Below the pieces are notes generated by a model, which saw only the letters and a list, made by a program, of their open reading frames with translations, did not search any database and had not been told where the DNA came from. From Myxococcota bacterium (GTDB lineage: Bacteria > Myxococcota > JAJVIH01): a stretch of 64,000 nt of DNA. Below, in pieces: positions 28,536 through 37,566 of this stretch. Within the stretch, counting starts at the first letter, position 1. Each line of letters starts with the position of its first letter. The DNA lies in NCBI GenBank assembly GCA_022072125.1, contig JAJVIH010000013.1:36204-100203 (forward strand), read 5' to 3'. The position numbers were made by a program, and so were the translations under genes.

Positions 28536-29573
28536 ATGCCCCGTGACTTTTTTGATCGTCTTCGCCTGATGAGACATTACCTGAATGGCGGCGGCCCCGT
28601 TCCCGGACCGTCTTCCATCCTGATTGAGACCACCAACCGCTGCAATCTTTTTTGCCCCATGTGCCCCCGGACCGGGCAGGCGAACCTGCAAAAGGACATG
28701 GACAGCGGACTGCTCTTTTCCCTGATTGACGAATTCGCCCGGCTGGGCGGCGACCATGTTTACCTGTACGGACTCGGCGAGCCCTTTCTGGATCAACGCA
28801 TCTTCGACATTCTGGCCCGGTGCCGCCGCCGCGGCCTGGGAACCATCCTCTCCACCAACGCAACCCTGCTGAACGCGCGGCGGCGGAAACAGTTTCTCGA
28901 TACCGGATGCGATTATCTTCTTATCGGTCTGGACGGCGCCACCCGGGAAACCTATTCCCGGTATCGTCATGGCGGGGATTTCGATGAGGTGACCGGAAAT
29001 GTCCGCGAACTGGCCCGTGAAAAACACACCCGCAATATCCCCATGACGCTGACGGTTCAGTTCATCCGCATGCCGGGGAATCTGCACGAACAGGATCAGT
29101 TTATTGACTGCTGGTCGAAGGTCCCGGGCGTGGACAGCATCCGCATCAAGGATGAAGACATCGGCATTCCGGATCACGCCCTGTACGAGGAGGATGGCCA
29201 CCTGCGGAAAAACCCCTGTTTTCTGCTGTGGCGCGGGCCATTGGTCATCCGCTGCAACGGAGACGTGTATCCCTGTTACCACTATGCCGATCACGGCGAG
29301 CCGATTGGGAATATCTGGCGGCAACCGCTGGAGTCGCTGTGGAATTCCCCGGCGATGCAATCCCTGCGGGAGTTGCATCTACAACGCCGCGCCGCCCAGG
29401 ATCGCCTGTGCGCGTCCTGCGCCTGCGCCCGGCCCCGGTTGCCCTTTGTGCTGGGGGCCATGGCCCTCCGCGGGACAACGGTGCGGCGGCTGGTCCCCCT
29501 TGCGGAACGGGCGGCGCTGACCTGGCAAGGACTTTTCAGCGAAACCCGGTTGAAGAAAGCCCGGCCGGAGTAA
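28536..29573 (+). CDS. Radical SAM protein with SPASM/twitch domain
   Basis: CNLFCPMC, GLGEP, STNAT, and C-terminal PC..LW....I..NGDVYPC...GNI...LWNS...CASC. Start refined to ATG 28536. Confidence 0.9.
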   Translation: MPRDFFDRLRLMRHYLNGGGPVPGPSSILIETTNRCNLFCPMCPRTGQANLQKDMDSGLLFSLIDEFARLGGDHVYLYGLGEPFLDQRIFDILARCRRRGLGTILSTNATLLNARRRKQFLDTGCDYLLIGLDGATRETYSRYRHGGDFDEVTGNVRELAREKHTRNIPMTLTVQFIRMPGNLHEQDQFIDCWSKVPGVDSIRIKDEDIGIPDHALYEEDGHLRKNPCFLLWRGPLVIRCNGDVYPCYHYADHGEPIGNIWRQPLESLWNSPAMQSLRELHLQRRAAQDRLCASCACARPRLPFVLGAMALRGTTVRRLVPLAERAALTWQGLFSETRLKKARPE

Positions 29574-29667
29574 AACTTCCGGGCGGAAAAGAACCCAGCT
29601 TCCGTCCGCCGGCGCCGCGGCGGGCTTCCCGGCCCTGATTGAAGGGGTGTGGCAGGACCAGAAGCCG

Positions 29668-30300
29668 TTATTTGTCTCGCGGCGGAACCATCAATCCACC
29701 CGCCATCCAGAATTGTGAAGCAGCCATGGCCTTCCGGTAATCACCGGCCACGCCGCCAATCGGGCCGGGCAACTGCCCTTCCACATATAGTGTGGCCAGG
29801 CCATGCACCTGGCTCCAGCACAACAGGGCGATTTCCATGACATCCCCGGCGCGCATCACCCCCGCCTGCTGGCAATTCACGATGCATTCCACCAGTACGC
29901 CGAAGGAATCCGCGCCCGCCGCCGCCAGGCTGGGGTATTTGTCGTCCATCGGAACGTCGGAACTGAACATCAGCCGGAAATGGCCCGGATGCTCCACCGC
30001 GAAGCGGAGGTATCCAACGCCGCTGGCGTTGAAGCGGGCGGCGGGGTCACTTCCCGCGATGGACATTTCATCGCGCATGCTCCGGCTCATCAGCCGGAAT
30101 CCCTCTTCCGCCACGGCGGCGATCAGGGCCTCCTTGCCGTCGAAATGCCGGTAGGGCGCCGCATGGGATACCCCCGCCCGGCGGGCCGCTTCGCGCAGGG
30201 TCAGGCCGCGCGCGCCGTTTTCTTGCACCAACTCCAGCGCGGCGTGAATCAGGGCCGCCCGCAAATCACCGTGATGGTAAGGTTTTTTTTCATCCGCCAT
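29668..30300 (-). CDS. TetR-family regulator with WHG-type C-terminal domain
   Basis: Motifs YHHGDLRAALI, AGVSHAAPYRHF and WSQVHGLA. Confidence 0.93.
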   Translation of the reverse strand: MADEKKPYHHGDLRAALIHAALELVQENGARGLTLREAARRAGVSHAAPYRHFDGKEALIAAVAEEGFRLMSRSMRDEMSIAGSDPAARFNASGVGYLRFAVEHPGHFRLMFSSDVPMDDKYPSLAAAGADSFGVLVECIVNCQQAGVMRAGDVMEIALLCWSQVHGLATLYVEGQLPGPIGGVAGDYRKAMAASQFWMAGGLMVPPRDK

Positions 30301-30319
30301 GGAGATGAATCATGTCCGG

Positions 30320-30383
30320 ATTGTTTCCAATGTCAACAATGTTGACATTGGAAACAATATGGTTTATGTTTTCACTAGAAACA
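30320..30383. promoter_or_regulatory. Divergent promoters with three TetR operator-like boxes (TGTT-N9-AACA)
   Basis: Perfect 39-bp palindrome at 30320-30358 plus a third box at 30367-30383. TTGACA-N17-TATGTT on the + strand and TTGACA on the - strand. Confidence 0.8.
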
Positions 30384-30408
30384 TCAATCGCCCGCAAGGA
30401 GCCATCCC

Positions 30409-31893
30409 ATGTCCACTCCACTGCAGCAACATGCCTCCCCGGCCTCCGCCGCCACCACGGCGGAGGGGGCGCCGGGTTCCGCATCCCCCAAACGCGCCTG
30501 GACCGGCGCGCTTCGGGACCTGCCCCGCGAACATGGCTTCGAGCCGCTTCGCATCGAGGGGAAGCTTCCGGAGTGGCTGCATGGAACCTTGTATCGCAAC
30601 GGCCCGTCGCTGATGTCCAACTTTGGCCATGGATACCGGCACTGGTTTGACGGCGACGGGGCGATCAGCGCGGTCCGTTTTCAGGGTGGGGCCGCCTGGG
30701 GCGCGGTGAAAGTGGTTCAGTCCGCCGGCCTGACGGAGGAACGCCGGGCGGGCCGTCCATTGTTTGGCGGTTATGGTACGCCCGCGCCCTCGTGGCTGAG
30801 CCGCGTATTCGCGCGCGGCGGCAAAAACGCGGCCAATACCTCGGTGATGATGTGGCAGGGGCGGTTGCTGGCCCTGTGGGAAGGAGGACATCCCACCGGA
30901 CTGAAACCGGAAGACCTGTCCACCATTGGCGAAACCGATCTGGGCGGCGTGGTCATCAAGAATTTTTCGGCGCATCCTCACTACGTGCGCAAGCACAAGG
31001 CGTTTTTCAATTTCGGCGTGCGCTATGGCAAGGACTGCCTGCTGGATATCTACCGCCTGCCCAATTCTGGCGCGGCCTCCCGGCTTGCCAGCATCAAACT
31101 GGCGGGCGCGACGATGATCCACGATTTCATCACGACGGAGGATCACCTGATCTTTTTCGCGCCGCCGTTGCGCCTGAACTCCCTCAGGCTGCTGGCGGGC
31201 ATTGGCTGCTATTCGGAGAATCTGCGCTGGCGTCCGGAGGAGGGAACCCAGGTGCTGGTGGTTCCCATCGCCAACCCGGAACAGCACAAATCCTTCGTCA
31301 TCGAGCCGTTCTATCAATGGCATTTCTGCAACGCCTTTGAAGAAGGTGGCGAACTGGTTGTGGACGTGGTCCGTTACCCGGATTTCTCCTCCAACCACTG
31401 GTTGAAAACCGTCCCCTCCGGACAAACCGAAGGCGTCATGCAGGGAACGCTGCAGCGTGCGCGGCTCAATCCGGCCGCCGGCAAGGTGAGTTTCACCCCC
31501 TTGTTCGAGCGTTCATGCGAATTTCCCCGCGTCGCGCCCCAAAAGACGGGCATTCCCCATCGCTTCGCCTGGATGGCCGCCCATGCCAGCGAAGCGGACG
31601 CCCGGCACGAGATGTTCAACCAGGTGGCGAAAGTGGACGTGAACAGCGGCCATGGCGAAACCATCGTGCTTGGACCTGGGCAATATCCTTCGGAGCCCAT
31701 ATTCGTGCAGCGGCCCGGCGCGGTTGACGAGGATGACGGCTGCGTGCTGTCACTGGCGTATGACGCCGCTTCCCGCACCAGCCACATCGCCGTGCTGGAT
31801 GGACGCCGCCCCGGAGAGGGTCCGCTGGCCCGCGCCTGGTTTGATCTTCACCTGCCGTTGACCTTTCACGGCGGTTGGGCGAACGGAGAATGA
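30409..31893 (+). CDS. Carotenoid oxygenase family (RPE65/CCD/lignostilbene dioxygenase-like) enzyme
   Basis: EGKLP..LHGTLYRNGP, HWFDGDG, ANTSV, Fe-binding His in SAHP, IHDF, WHFCNAFE and FHG, plus EFPR and SEPIFV. Confidence 0.93.
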   Translation: MSTPLQQHASPASAATTAEGAPGSASPKRAWTGALRDLPREHGFEPLRIEGKLPEWLHGTLYRNGPSLMSNFGHGYRHWFDGDGAISAVRFQGGAAWGAVKVVQSAGLTEERRAGRPLFGGYGTPAPSWLSRVFARGGKNAANTSVMMWQGRLLALWEGGHPTGLKPEDLSTIGETDLGGVVIKNFSAHPHYVRKHKAFFNFGVRYGKDCLLDIYRLPNSGAASRLASIKLAGATMIHDFITTEDHLIFFAPPLRLNSLRLLAGIGCYSENLRWRPEEGTQVLVVPIANPEQHKSFVIEPFYQWHFCNAFEEGGELVVDVVRYPDFSSNHWLKTVPSGQTEGVMQGTLQRARLNPAAGKVSFTPLFERSCEFPRVAPQKTGIPHRFAWMAAHASEADARHEMFNQVAKVDVNSGHGETIVLGPGQYPSEPIFVQRPGAVDEDDGCVLSLAYDAASRTSHIAVLDGRRPGEGPLARAWFDLHLPLTFHGGWANGE

Positions 31894-32026
31894 CCGGCCC
31901 ACATTCCAATGCCTGCCATGGCGCCCGCTTTTCAGCGGGCGCCGGCGTGTTCAGAAAAAACCAGCCCGCGCCGGATGGGGGAATCCAGGCGCGGGCTGGG
32001 AACGGATCGGAAGGATCCGGTTCAGG

Positions 32027-32830
32027 TTATCCCTGTTTGGGCATGCGATCTTCCCACAGGCCGAAGACCGCGCCAGTGGTATCCTCGCAGACGCTCATCA
32101 CGCCCATGTTGGGGATTTCCATGTTGGCCATCATCACCTTGCCGCCCGCCTTTTTGACCTTCTCCGTGGCTTCGGCGCAGTTCGCCACCAACAGGTACTT
32201 CTGCCAGAACGACGGGGCGCCCTTGGCCTCCGGCGGCATCTTCATCATGCCGGCGCTCCAGTGATCATTGCGGAAGAAGGTGGTGTAGGGCCGTCCGCCC
32301 ATGTTTTCGGTTTTGGCGGTCCAGCCGAAAATCTCGCTGGCGAATTTGCCGGAGAGATCCTCGTTGTTGGTGAGGAGTTCGTTCCAGCAGATTTCCCCCA
32401 CTTTGGGCGGGGTCTTGGCGTTGGCCTTGTCCTCTTCCTCGCGGCCTTCGACGAACTTGAACGGGGCGATGGCGGCGCCGGTGGAATCGGCGATCATGCA
32501 GAAACGGCCCACATCGGGAATATCCATGGGCGGAACCAGCACCTTGCCGCCCAGCTTTTCGGCCTTTTTGGCCGCCGCGTCCACGTCGAGCACGGTGCAG
32601 TAGGCGATCCAGTGCGACGGCACGCCTTTCATGGAGGGGTCGAGCGGGGCAAAGCCGCCCAGGCTCTCACCGTTGTTGTTGAACATGGTGTACTTCATGC
32701 CGCCCATGTCCTGTTCGGTGAAGGTCCAGCCCATGACCGCGCCGTAGAATTTCTTGGCTTTTTCCACGTCGGAAGTGTTGAGATCGTACCACACAAAGCG
32801 GCCCTGGCTGGCGAAAGGTTTAGCGCCCAT
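32027..32830 (-). CDS. VOC/glyoxalase family protein (two-domain)
   Basis: Two repeats FVWYDL.TSD..KAKKFYG / CWNELLT, plus GGKVLVPPMDIPDVGRF..IAD.TGA. Confidence 0.9.
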   Translation of the reverse strand: MGAKPFASQGRFVWYDLNTSDVEKAKKFYGAVMGWTFTEQDMGGMKYTMFNNNGESLGGFAPLDPSMKGVPSHWIAYCTVLDVDAAAKKAEKLGGKVLVPPMDIPDVGRFCMIADSTGAAIAPFKFVEGREEEDKANAKTPPKVGEICWNELLTNNEDLSGKFASEIFGWTAKTENMGGRPYTTFFRNDHWSAGMMKMPPEAKGAPSFWQKYLLVANCAEATEKVKKAGGKVMMANMEIPNMGVMSVCEDTTGAVFGLWEDRMPKQG

Positions 32831-32927
32831 TGTATCGGCTCCTGTATGAGTTTGGATGAGGGACAGCGGTTCCCCGGGACGCCGTGAGCGGAACAGAACT
32901 CATGATCTTTCCCGGTGAGCGGATTTA

Positions 32928-32953
32928 TTGCATATACATGTTTGATATGTCAA
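32928..32953 (-). promoter_or_regulatory. Putative promoter/operator of the VOC gene
   Basis: TTGACA on the - strand lies inside the imperfect inverted repeat TTGCATAT-ACATGTTTG-ATATGTCAA. Confidence 0.4.
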
Positions 32954-33149
32954 GCGGATTTTCTGAACAGAATAAATTCTGTACAAATTTTCTGATAACC
33001 ACGGATTCCCGGACTATTCATCGTCCGCCGCCCCAAATTGGCGGAAACGCAGCACCCGGGCCACCCGCAACCGGGACGGACCGGAACAGTGGGTAACCGG
33101 AGACACGCGGCGGGCTGGAGGCGCTAAGGTGTTGAACCTCCCGGAGGCG

Positions 33150-33551
33150 CTAGCGCGATACCCCCGGCGAGGAGCCGCCCGCGAGCAGATTCTGCAACAA
33201 CGGATGAAGCTCCATCAGCGGCAAGGGTTTGGTCAGGACTTCGATCGCGCCCAGTTCCAGCGCGCGGTTGCGCTCGGCGGGCAGGCTGGAAGTGGTGACC
33301 ACCACCACCGGAATTTCGCTGAGGGAGGGCTGTCCCTTGATCCAGGCCAGAAAATCAAAGCCATCCATGCCCTGCAGGCGGATATCCAGCAGGATCAAAT
33401 CCACGGGCCGTCCCTGCCAGTTCTTGAGCATGTTCATGGCGGTTTCCGCCGAGGCGGCCGGAACGATCTCGGCGCCGCCGCTGCGCAGGGCCATGCTGGC
33501 GAGCTGCAGATGATCGGGATTGTCTTCTATGACCAAAATCTTGCGCGGCAT
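33150..33551 (-). CDS. Single-domain response regulator (CheY-like receiver)
   Basis: Motifs KILVIEDN, DLILLDIRLQGMDG, PVVVVT and LTKP. Confidence 0.88.
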   Translation of the reverse strand: MPRKILVIEDNPDHLQLASMALRSGGAEIVPAASAETAMNMLKNWQGRPVDLILLDIRLQGMDGFDFLAWIKGQPSLSEIPVVVVTTSSLPAERNRALELGAIEVLTKPLPLMELHPLLQNLLAGGSSPGVSR

Positions 33552-33754
33552 TTGTTGTATGCAACACCCTTGGCGCCCAAGGACGTCCGGGTCAACGAAC
33601 GGATTTCGTATCAAGATTGAACAATCCGATAACACATTTGATCGGATGCTTCAACCTGTCACCCCGCATTTTTCAGATTTCCAGGGGCGCGAAGTGACGT
33701 GCAAGGGGGCGCTTTTCTAGATAGAGCAAGAACCGTGCGGCCAGGAACAACAGT

Positions 33755-35905
33755 CTATTTCAATTCCGCCGATACGCCGCCGCCCGCGTGCAGATAACAC
33801 TGGGTCACGTAGTCCATCACCATGCGGTCGGCGTTGAAGCGCCAAGCCAGGGTGAGGATGGCGTGTTTCATGCGCCGGGTCCATTCACGCGGCACATTGT
33901 ATTCATCCTGTTCGTAGAAGAGCGGAATGACTTCGTTTTCCAGCGTGTCGAAGAGCGCCTTGGCGTCCCGTTCATTCTGGACTTTTTCGTTGGCGTGAAC
34001 CCGTCCGTCGCCAATCGCGAAACCGTTTTTGCCGTCGTAGGCCTCGGCCCACCAGCCGTCGAGCACCGACAGGTTCAGGCCGCCGTTGAGCAGAACCTTC
34101 TGTCCGCTGGTGCCGCAGGCCTCCAGCGGGCGGATGGGGTTGTTGATCCAGAGATCCACTCCCTGCACGAGATGACGGGCCACGCTGTAGTCGTAATCCT
34201 CGACAAACACCACGCGCCCGTTCACCTCGGGCAGGCGCGAGAACTGCACGATCTCCCGGATGATCTTTTTCCCGGCCTCGTCGCGGGGGTGCGCCTTGCC
34301 GGCGAAAATGAACTGCACCGGATGTTTCGCATCGGCCAGCAGCCGGAGCAGACGCTCGCGCTCGTGAAACAGCAGCCACGCGCGCTTGTAGGTGGCGAAG
34401 CGGCGGGCGAATCCGATGGTCAGGATATTCGGGTTGAGCAGGGACACGGCCCCTTCGGCGGTCTGCCGGTCTCCGCGGCCGAGCGCGGTTTCCCGGATGC
34501 GGCGCCGGACGTATTCAATCAGGCGATGCCGCAGGATGGTGTGGGTCTCCCAAAGCTCCTGATCATTGATGCGCTCGATGCCGCTCCAGGCGTCGGGGAA
34601 GCACATATGCTTCTCCCATTCGCGCTGGGTGTAACGCTGCAGCAACTGGTTCATGGGCGGAGCCAGCCAGGACAGCACGTGTACACCGTTGGTGATATGG
34701 CCGATGGGCACCTCGTCTTCCGGACGGTCCGGAAAGAGCCCGTTCCACATCTTGCGCGACACGCGCCCATGCAGGTGCGATACGCCGTTGCGCTTGACGC
34801 TGCCCTTGAGCGCCAGCACGGTCATGCAGAAGGTTTCATTGTCGTTGAGCGGATTGACGCGCCCGAGCGCCATGAATTCCCGCTGGGTCAGTCCGAGTTG
34901 TTCCCGCATCCAGCCAAGGTGCTCTTCCATCAGCGCCGCGCTGAAGCGGTCATGGCCCGCTTCCACCGGGGTGTGGGTGGTGAACACCGTGCAGCTTTTG
35001 ATCTCGCGGAAGGCTTCGATGAAGCCCAAACCATCCTCCGCCATGCGTTGGCGCACGGCTTCCAGGATGGCGAAGGCGCAGTGCCCCTCGTTGAGGTGAA
35101 TCACCCCCGGCTTGACGCCCAGGGTCTCCAACAGGCTGAAACCGCCGATGCCCAGCAGGGTTTCCTGGGCGATGCGCACGCGCTCGTCGCCGCCGTACAA
35201 CTGGGTGGTGATCGTGCGATCATCGGTGGTGTTTTCGGGCACATCGGCGTCGAGCAGATAAAGCCTGATGCGCCCCACCACCACTTCCCATACGCAGGCC
35301 TGGATATGGCGGTGATCAAGCCGGATGGTCACGCGCACTTCGCTTCCATCCCGGTTGTACAGCTTGCGCATGGGCAGTTGATTGCGATTGACCGGCGGAT
35401 ACCGCTCGTTCTGGTAGCCGTCGTTGTCCAGAACCTGGTGGAAATACCCGCGCCCATACAACAACCCGACCCCGATCAGGGGCGCCCCCAGGTCGGAGGC
35501 GCTTTTCAGGTGGTCGCCCGCCAGAATGCCCAGGCCGCCGCTGTAGATGGGCAACGATTCGTGCAGGCCGAACTCCATGGAAAAGTAGGCGATGGGGCGC
35601 GTGAAGAGGGCGCCTGCGTGGGAGTGGGCCCACGTATGTTCATCATTCAGGTAGTTCTTGAGCAGGTGAAACGCGGAACTGATGCGGGTTTCCAGCGACA
35701 TGGCGATGGCGCGTTCCAGCAGGGTTTCATCGCTGATCTTCTGAAGGAAAGTGACTGGATTGTGGTTCGAGTCGCGCCAGGCGTTGGAATCAATGCCGGC
35801 GAAGAGCATGGCGACATCGGGGTGCCAGGTCCAGTAAAGGTTGTGCGCCAGTTCGGACAAGCGCGCGCGCAGATCGGCTACGTCAATTCCGCGGGAATTG
35901 GTCAT
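33755..35905 (-). CDS. glgP: Alpha-glucan (glycogen/maltodextrin) phosphorylase
   Basis: Motifs AYFSMEFG, YSGGLGILAGDHLKSASD, HLNEGH, GFARRFATYKR and EACGTSGQK (PLP Lys). Confidence 0.96.
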   Translation of the reverse strand: MTNSRGIDVADLRARLSELAHNLYWTWHPDVAMLFAGIDSNAWRDSNHNPVTFLQKISDETLLERAIAMSLETRISSAFHLLKNYLNDEHTWAHSHAGALFTRPIAYFSMEFGLHESLPIYSGGLGILAGDHLKSASDLGAPLIGVGLLYGRGYFHQVLDNDGYQNERYPPVNRNQLPMRKLYNRDGSEVRVTIRLDHRHIQACVWEVVVGRIRLYLLDADVPENTTDDRTITTQLYGGDERVRIAQETLLGIGGFSLLETLGVKPGVIHLNEGHCAFAILEAVRQRMAEDGLGFIEAFREIKSCTVFTTHTPVEAGHDRFSAALMEEHLGWMREQLGLTQREFMALGRVNPLNDNETFCMTVLALKGSVKRNGVSHLHGRVSRKMWNGLFPDRPEDEVPIGHITNGVHVLSWLAPPMNQLLQRYTQREWEKHMCFPDAWSGIERINDQELWETHTILRHRLIEYVRRRIRETALGRGDRQTAEGAVSLLNPNILTIGFARRFATYKRAWLLFHERERLLRLLADAKHPVQFIFAGKAHPRDEAGKKIIREIVQFSRLPEVNGRVVFVEDYDYSVARHLVQGVDLWINNPIRPLEACGTSGQKVLLNGGLNLSVLDGWWAEAYDGKNGFAIGDGRVHANEKVQNERDAKALFDTLENEVIPLFYEQDEYNVPREWTRRMKHAILTLAWRFNADRMVMDYVTQCYLHAGGGVSAELK

Positions 35906-35958
35906 TGGAATTTCTCCCTCTCGTCTTCATCCACATCATGACACTCATTGGCTCAATC

Positions 35959-36930
35959 TCATTTTCCGGGCGGTTTGGGTGCAGCGGCGGTAGCGGGCAG
36001 CCAGGCTGGGCGGTTCAGCAGGCCGGACATGCCCACCGCGATCTGGGTGGGTCCCGGCGAATATTTCTGGGTCATTGGGTTGGAACGCAACAGCATCATC
36101 AATCCGGACATGGTGGCGTTTTTGGACAGATAAGCCTGTTCGATATTCAGGCGGAGATTCAGGTTGGCCGCCGACTGGCCGAAGTTTTTATAATTCAGGT
36201 TGAGGGAGCCGTCCACCGACAGCGAGGCGTCGCCGCCGCTGGTGCGGAACTCCTTGACCAGCGCCTTTTCTCCCTGGATCTCCACGTCGCCTTCCAGCGC
36301 GCCGAGCGTTGTCTGGGGCACGTTGAACTTGCCGCCCAGGGCTTCGAGTTCCCTCGCCTCGATGGCCCCCGGCCCCATGACCAGGCCCTCGCCTTTCAGC
36401 ACCAGGACGCCGGAATTTTTCGCGGCCTCTGGCGCGGCGCGGAACGCCAGATTGCCCCCGATTTTTCCGGTGAACGGGATGCCGGTTTTCGCCGCGATGA
36501 TGGGAAGGCGGGACAGATCAATCTGGCGGATATCGGTTTTGATTTCCGTGCCCGAGCGGGACACTTCGGCGGCGCCGTCCATTTCGCCGCCGGCCAGCCT
36601 GGCGTGGACCGCGGCGCCGGCCGCTCCGCGGAACAGCGCGCCGAATTTCGGCGACAGATCCAGGTTGTCAATCATCAGCGGAATGGACTTTCCGCCAGGC
36701 TTGGAGGACGGAATCAGCACGCTGATATTCTCCATCGAGGCGCCGAACAGTCCCGCCTTGAATTTCAGAATTTCGACCTTGCCCCCGGTGGCGTTCTCCA
36801 GGGCTTCCACCACCCGGTGTTTCAGCAGCGAACTGGGAAAGGTCCAATCAATGAACAGCAACAGCGCGATCAGGAAAAACAGCGGATATCCAATGGCCTT
36901 GATCAGGCGGTTGCGGGTTTCCGGCTTCAT
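35959..36930 (-). CDS. gspN: Type II secretion system protein N
   Basis: Last gene of the gsp operon. N-terminal TM followed by TFP motif and beta-rich repeats. Confidence 0.75.
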   Translation of the reverse strand: MKPETRNRLIKAIGYPLFFLIALLLFIDWTFPSSLLKHRVVEALENATGGKVEILKFKAGLFGASMENISVLIPSSKPGGKSIPLMIDNLDLSPKFGALFRGAAGAAVHARLAGGEMDGAAEVSRSGTEIKTDIRQIDLSRLPIIAAKTGIPFTGKIGGNLAFRAAPEAAKNSGVLVLKGEGLVMGPGAIEARELEALGGKFNVPQTTLGALEGDVEIQGEKALVKEFRTSGGDASLSVDGSLNLNYKNFGQSAANLNLRLNIEQAYLSKNATMSGLMMLLRSNPMTQKYSPGPTQIAVGMSGLLNRPAWLPATAAAPKPPGK

Positions 36931-37556
36931 GGGGACGCCTTTCCGGCGGCGCGCGGGCCCGGCTGGTAATTGGGGTTCAGCCGGAATCCGGAGAGCAGGA
37001 ACTGCGCATCGAGCAGGCGTTTGTCGCCGTCTTCCCGCACGTTGAGCTTGAGCCGGCTGACATAGAGCATGTACGGGCTGTTTTCGATGCGGTGCAGGAA
37101 ATCCAGCAACTTGTCGTATGGAATCTCGCGCAGAAACACCTCGGTGGTTTTCTCCACCACTTCCGCCGTGCGATCCACGGTGGTCTGACGCTCCTGCATG
37201 TTGGCGACGGAGATATTCAGCGACGCCGCCTGCTTTTCGATGAAGCTGAACACGTTGAAATTGGGATCGGATTCAATCTGCTGCACCCGCTGTTTCATCT
37301 GATCGGTCGCCGCGCGGTTCGACAGAAACACACTGCGCACCCGGGCGATGCGCTCGATGCTGTCCAGCTTGCTGTTGACCCGGCTTTCCTTCTCGCTGAT
37401 GGAAGAACTGACCAGGTACGTCACAATGGCCAGGAACATCGCCGCCAGCAGCGCGGACATGCCGGCGACCAGTTGCTGTTCGCGCTGTGACAGGCGCGCA
37501 TAGGCGTCCGCCGCAGTGGAGACTTTCAGGTTCACGTATTCGGTGATCGCAGCCAT
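36927..37556 (-). CDS. gspM: Type II secretion system protein M
   Basis: LSQREQQLV followed by TM and LLDFLHRIE. Position after gspL. Confidence 0.8.
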   Translation of the reverse strand: MAAITEYVNLKVSTAADAYARLSQREQQLVAGMSALLAAMFLAIVTYLVSSSISEKESRVNSKLDSIERIARVRSVFLSNRAATDQMKQRVQQIESDPNFNVFSFIEKQAASLNISVANMQERQTTVDRTAEVVEKTTEVFLREIPYDKLLDFLHRIENSPYMLYVSRLKLNVREDGDKRLLDAQFLLSGFRLNPNYQPGPRAAGKASP

Positions 37557-37566
37557 GGTGATTCCG

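Noticed and set aside
33788-35941. 717-aa plus-strand ORF (and similar long shadows at 39438, 43322 and 59647)
   Set aside because: Exactly antisense to glgP or other well-supported genes, with no recognisable domains.
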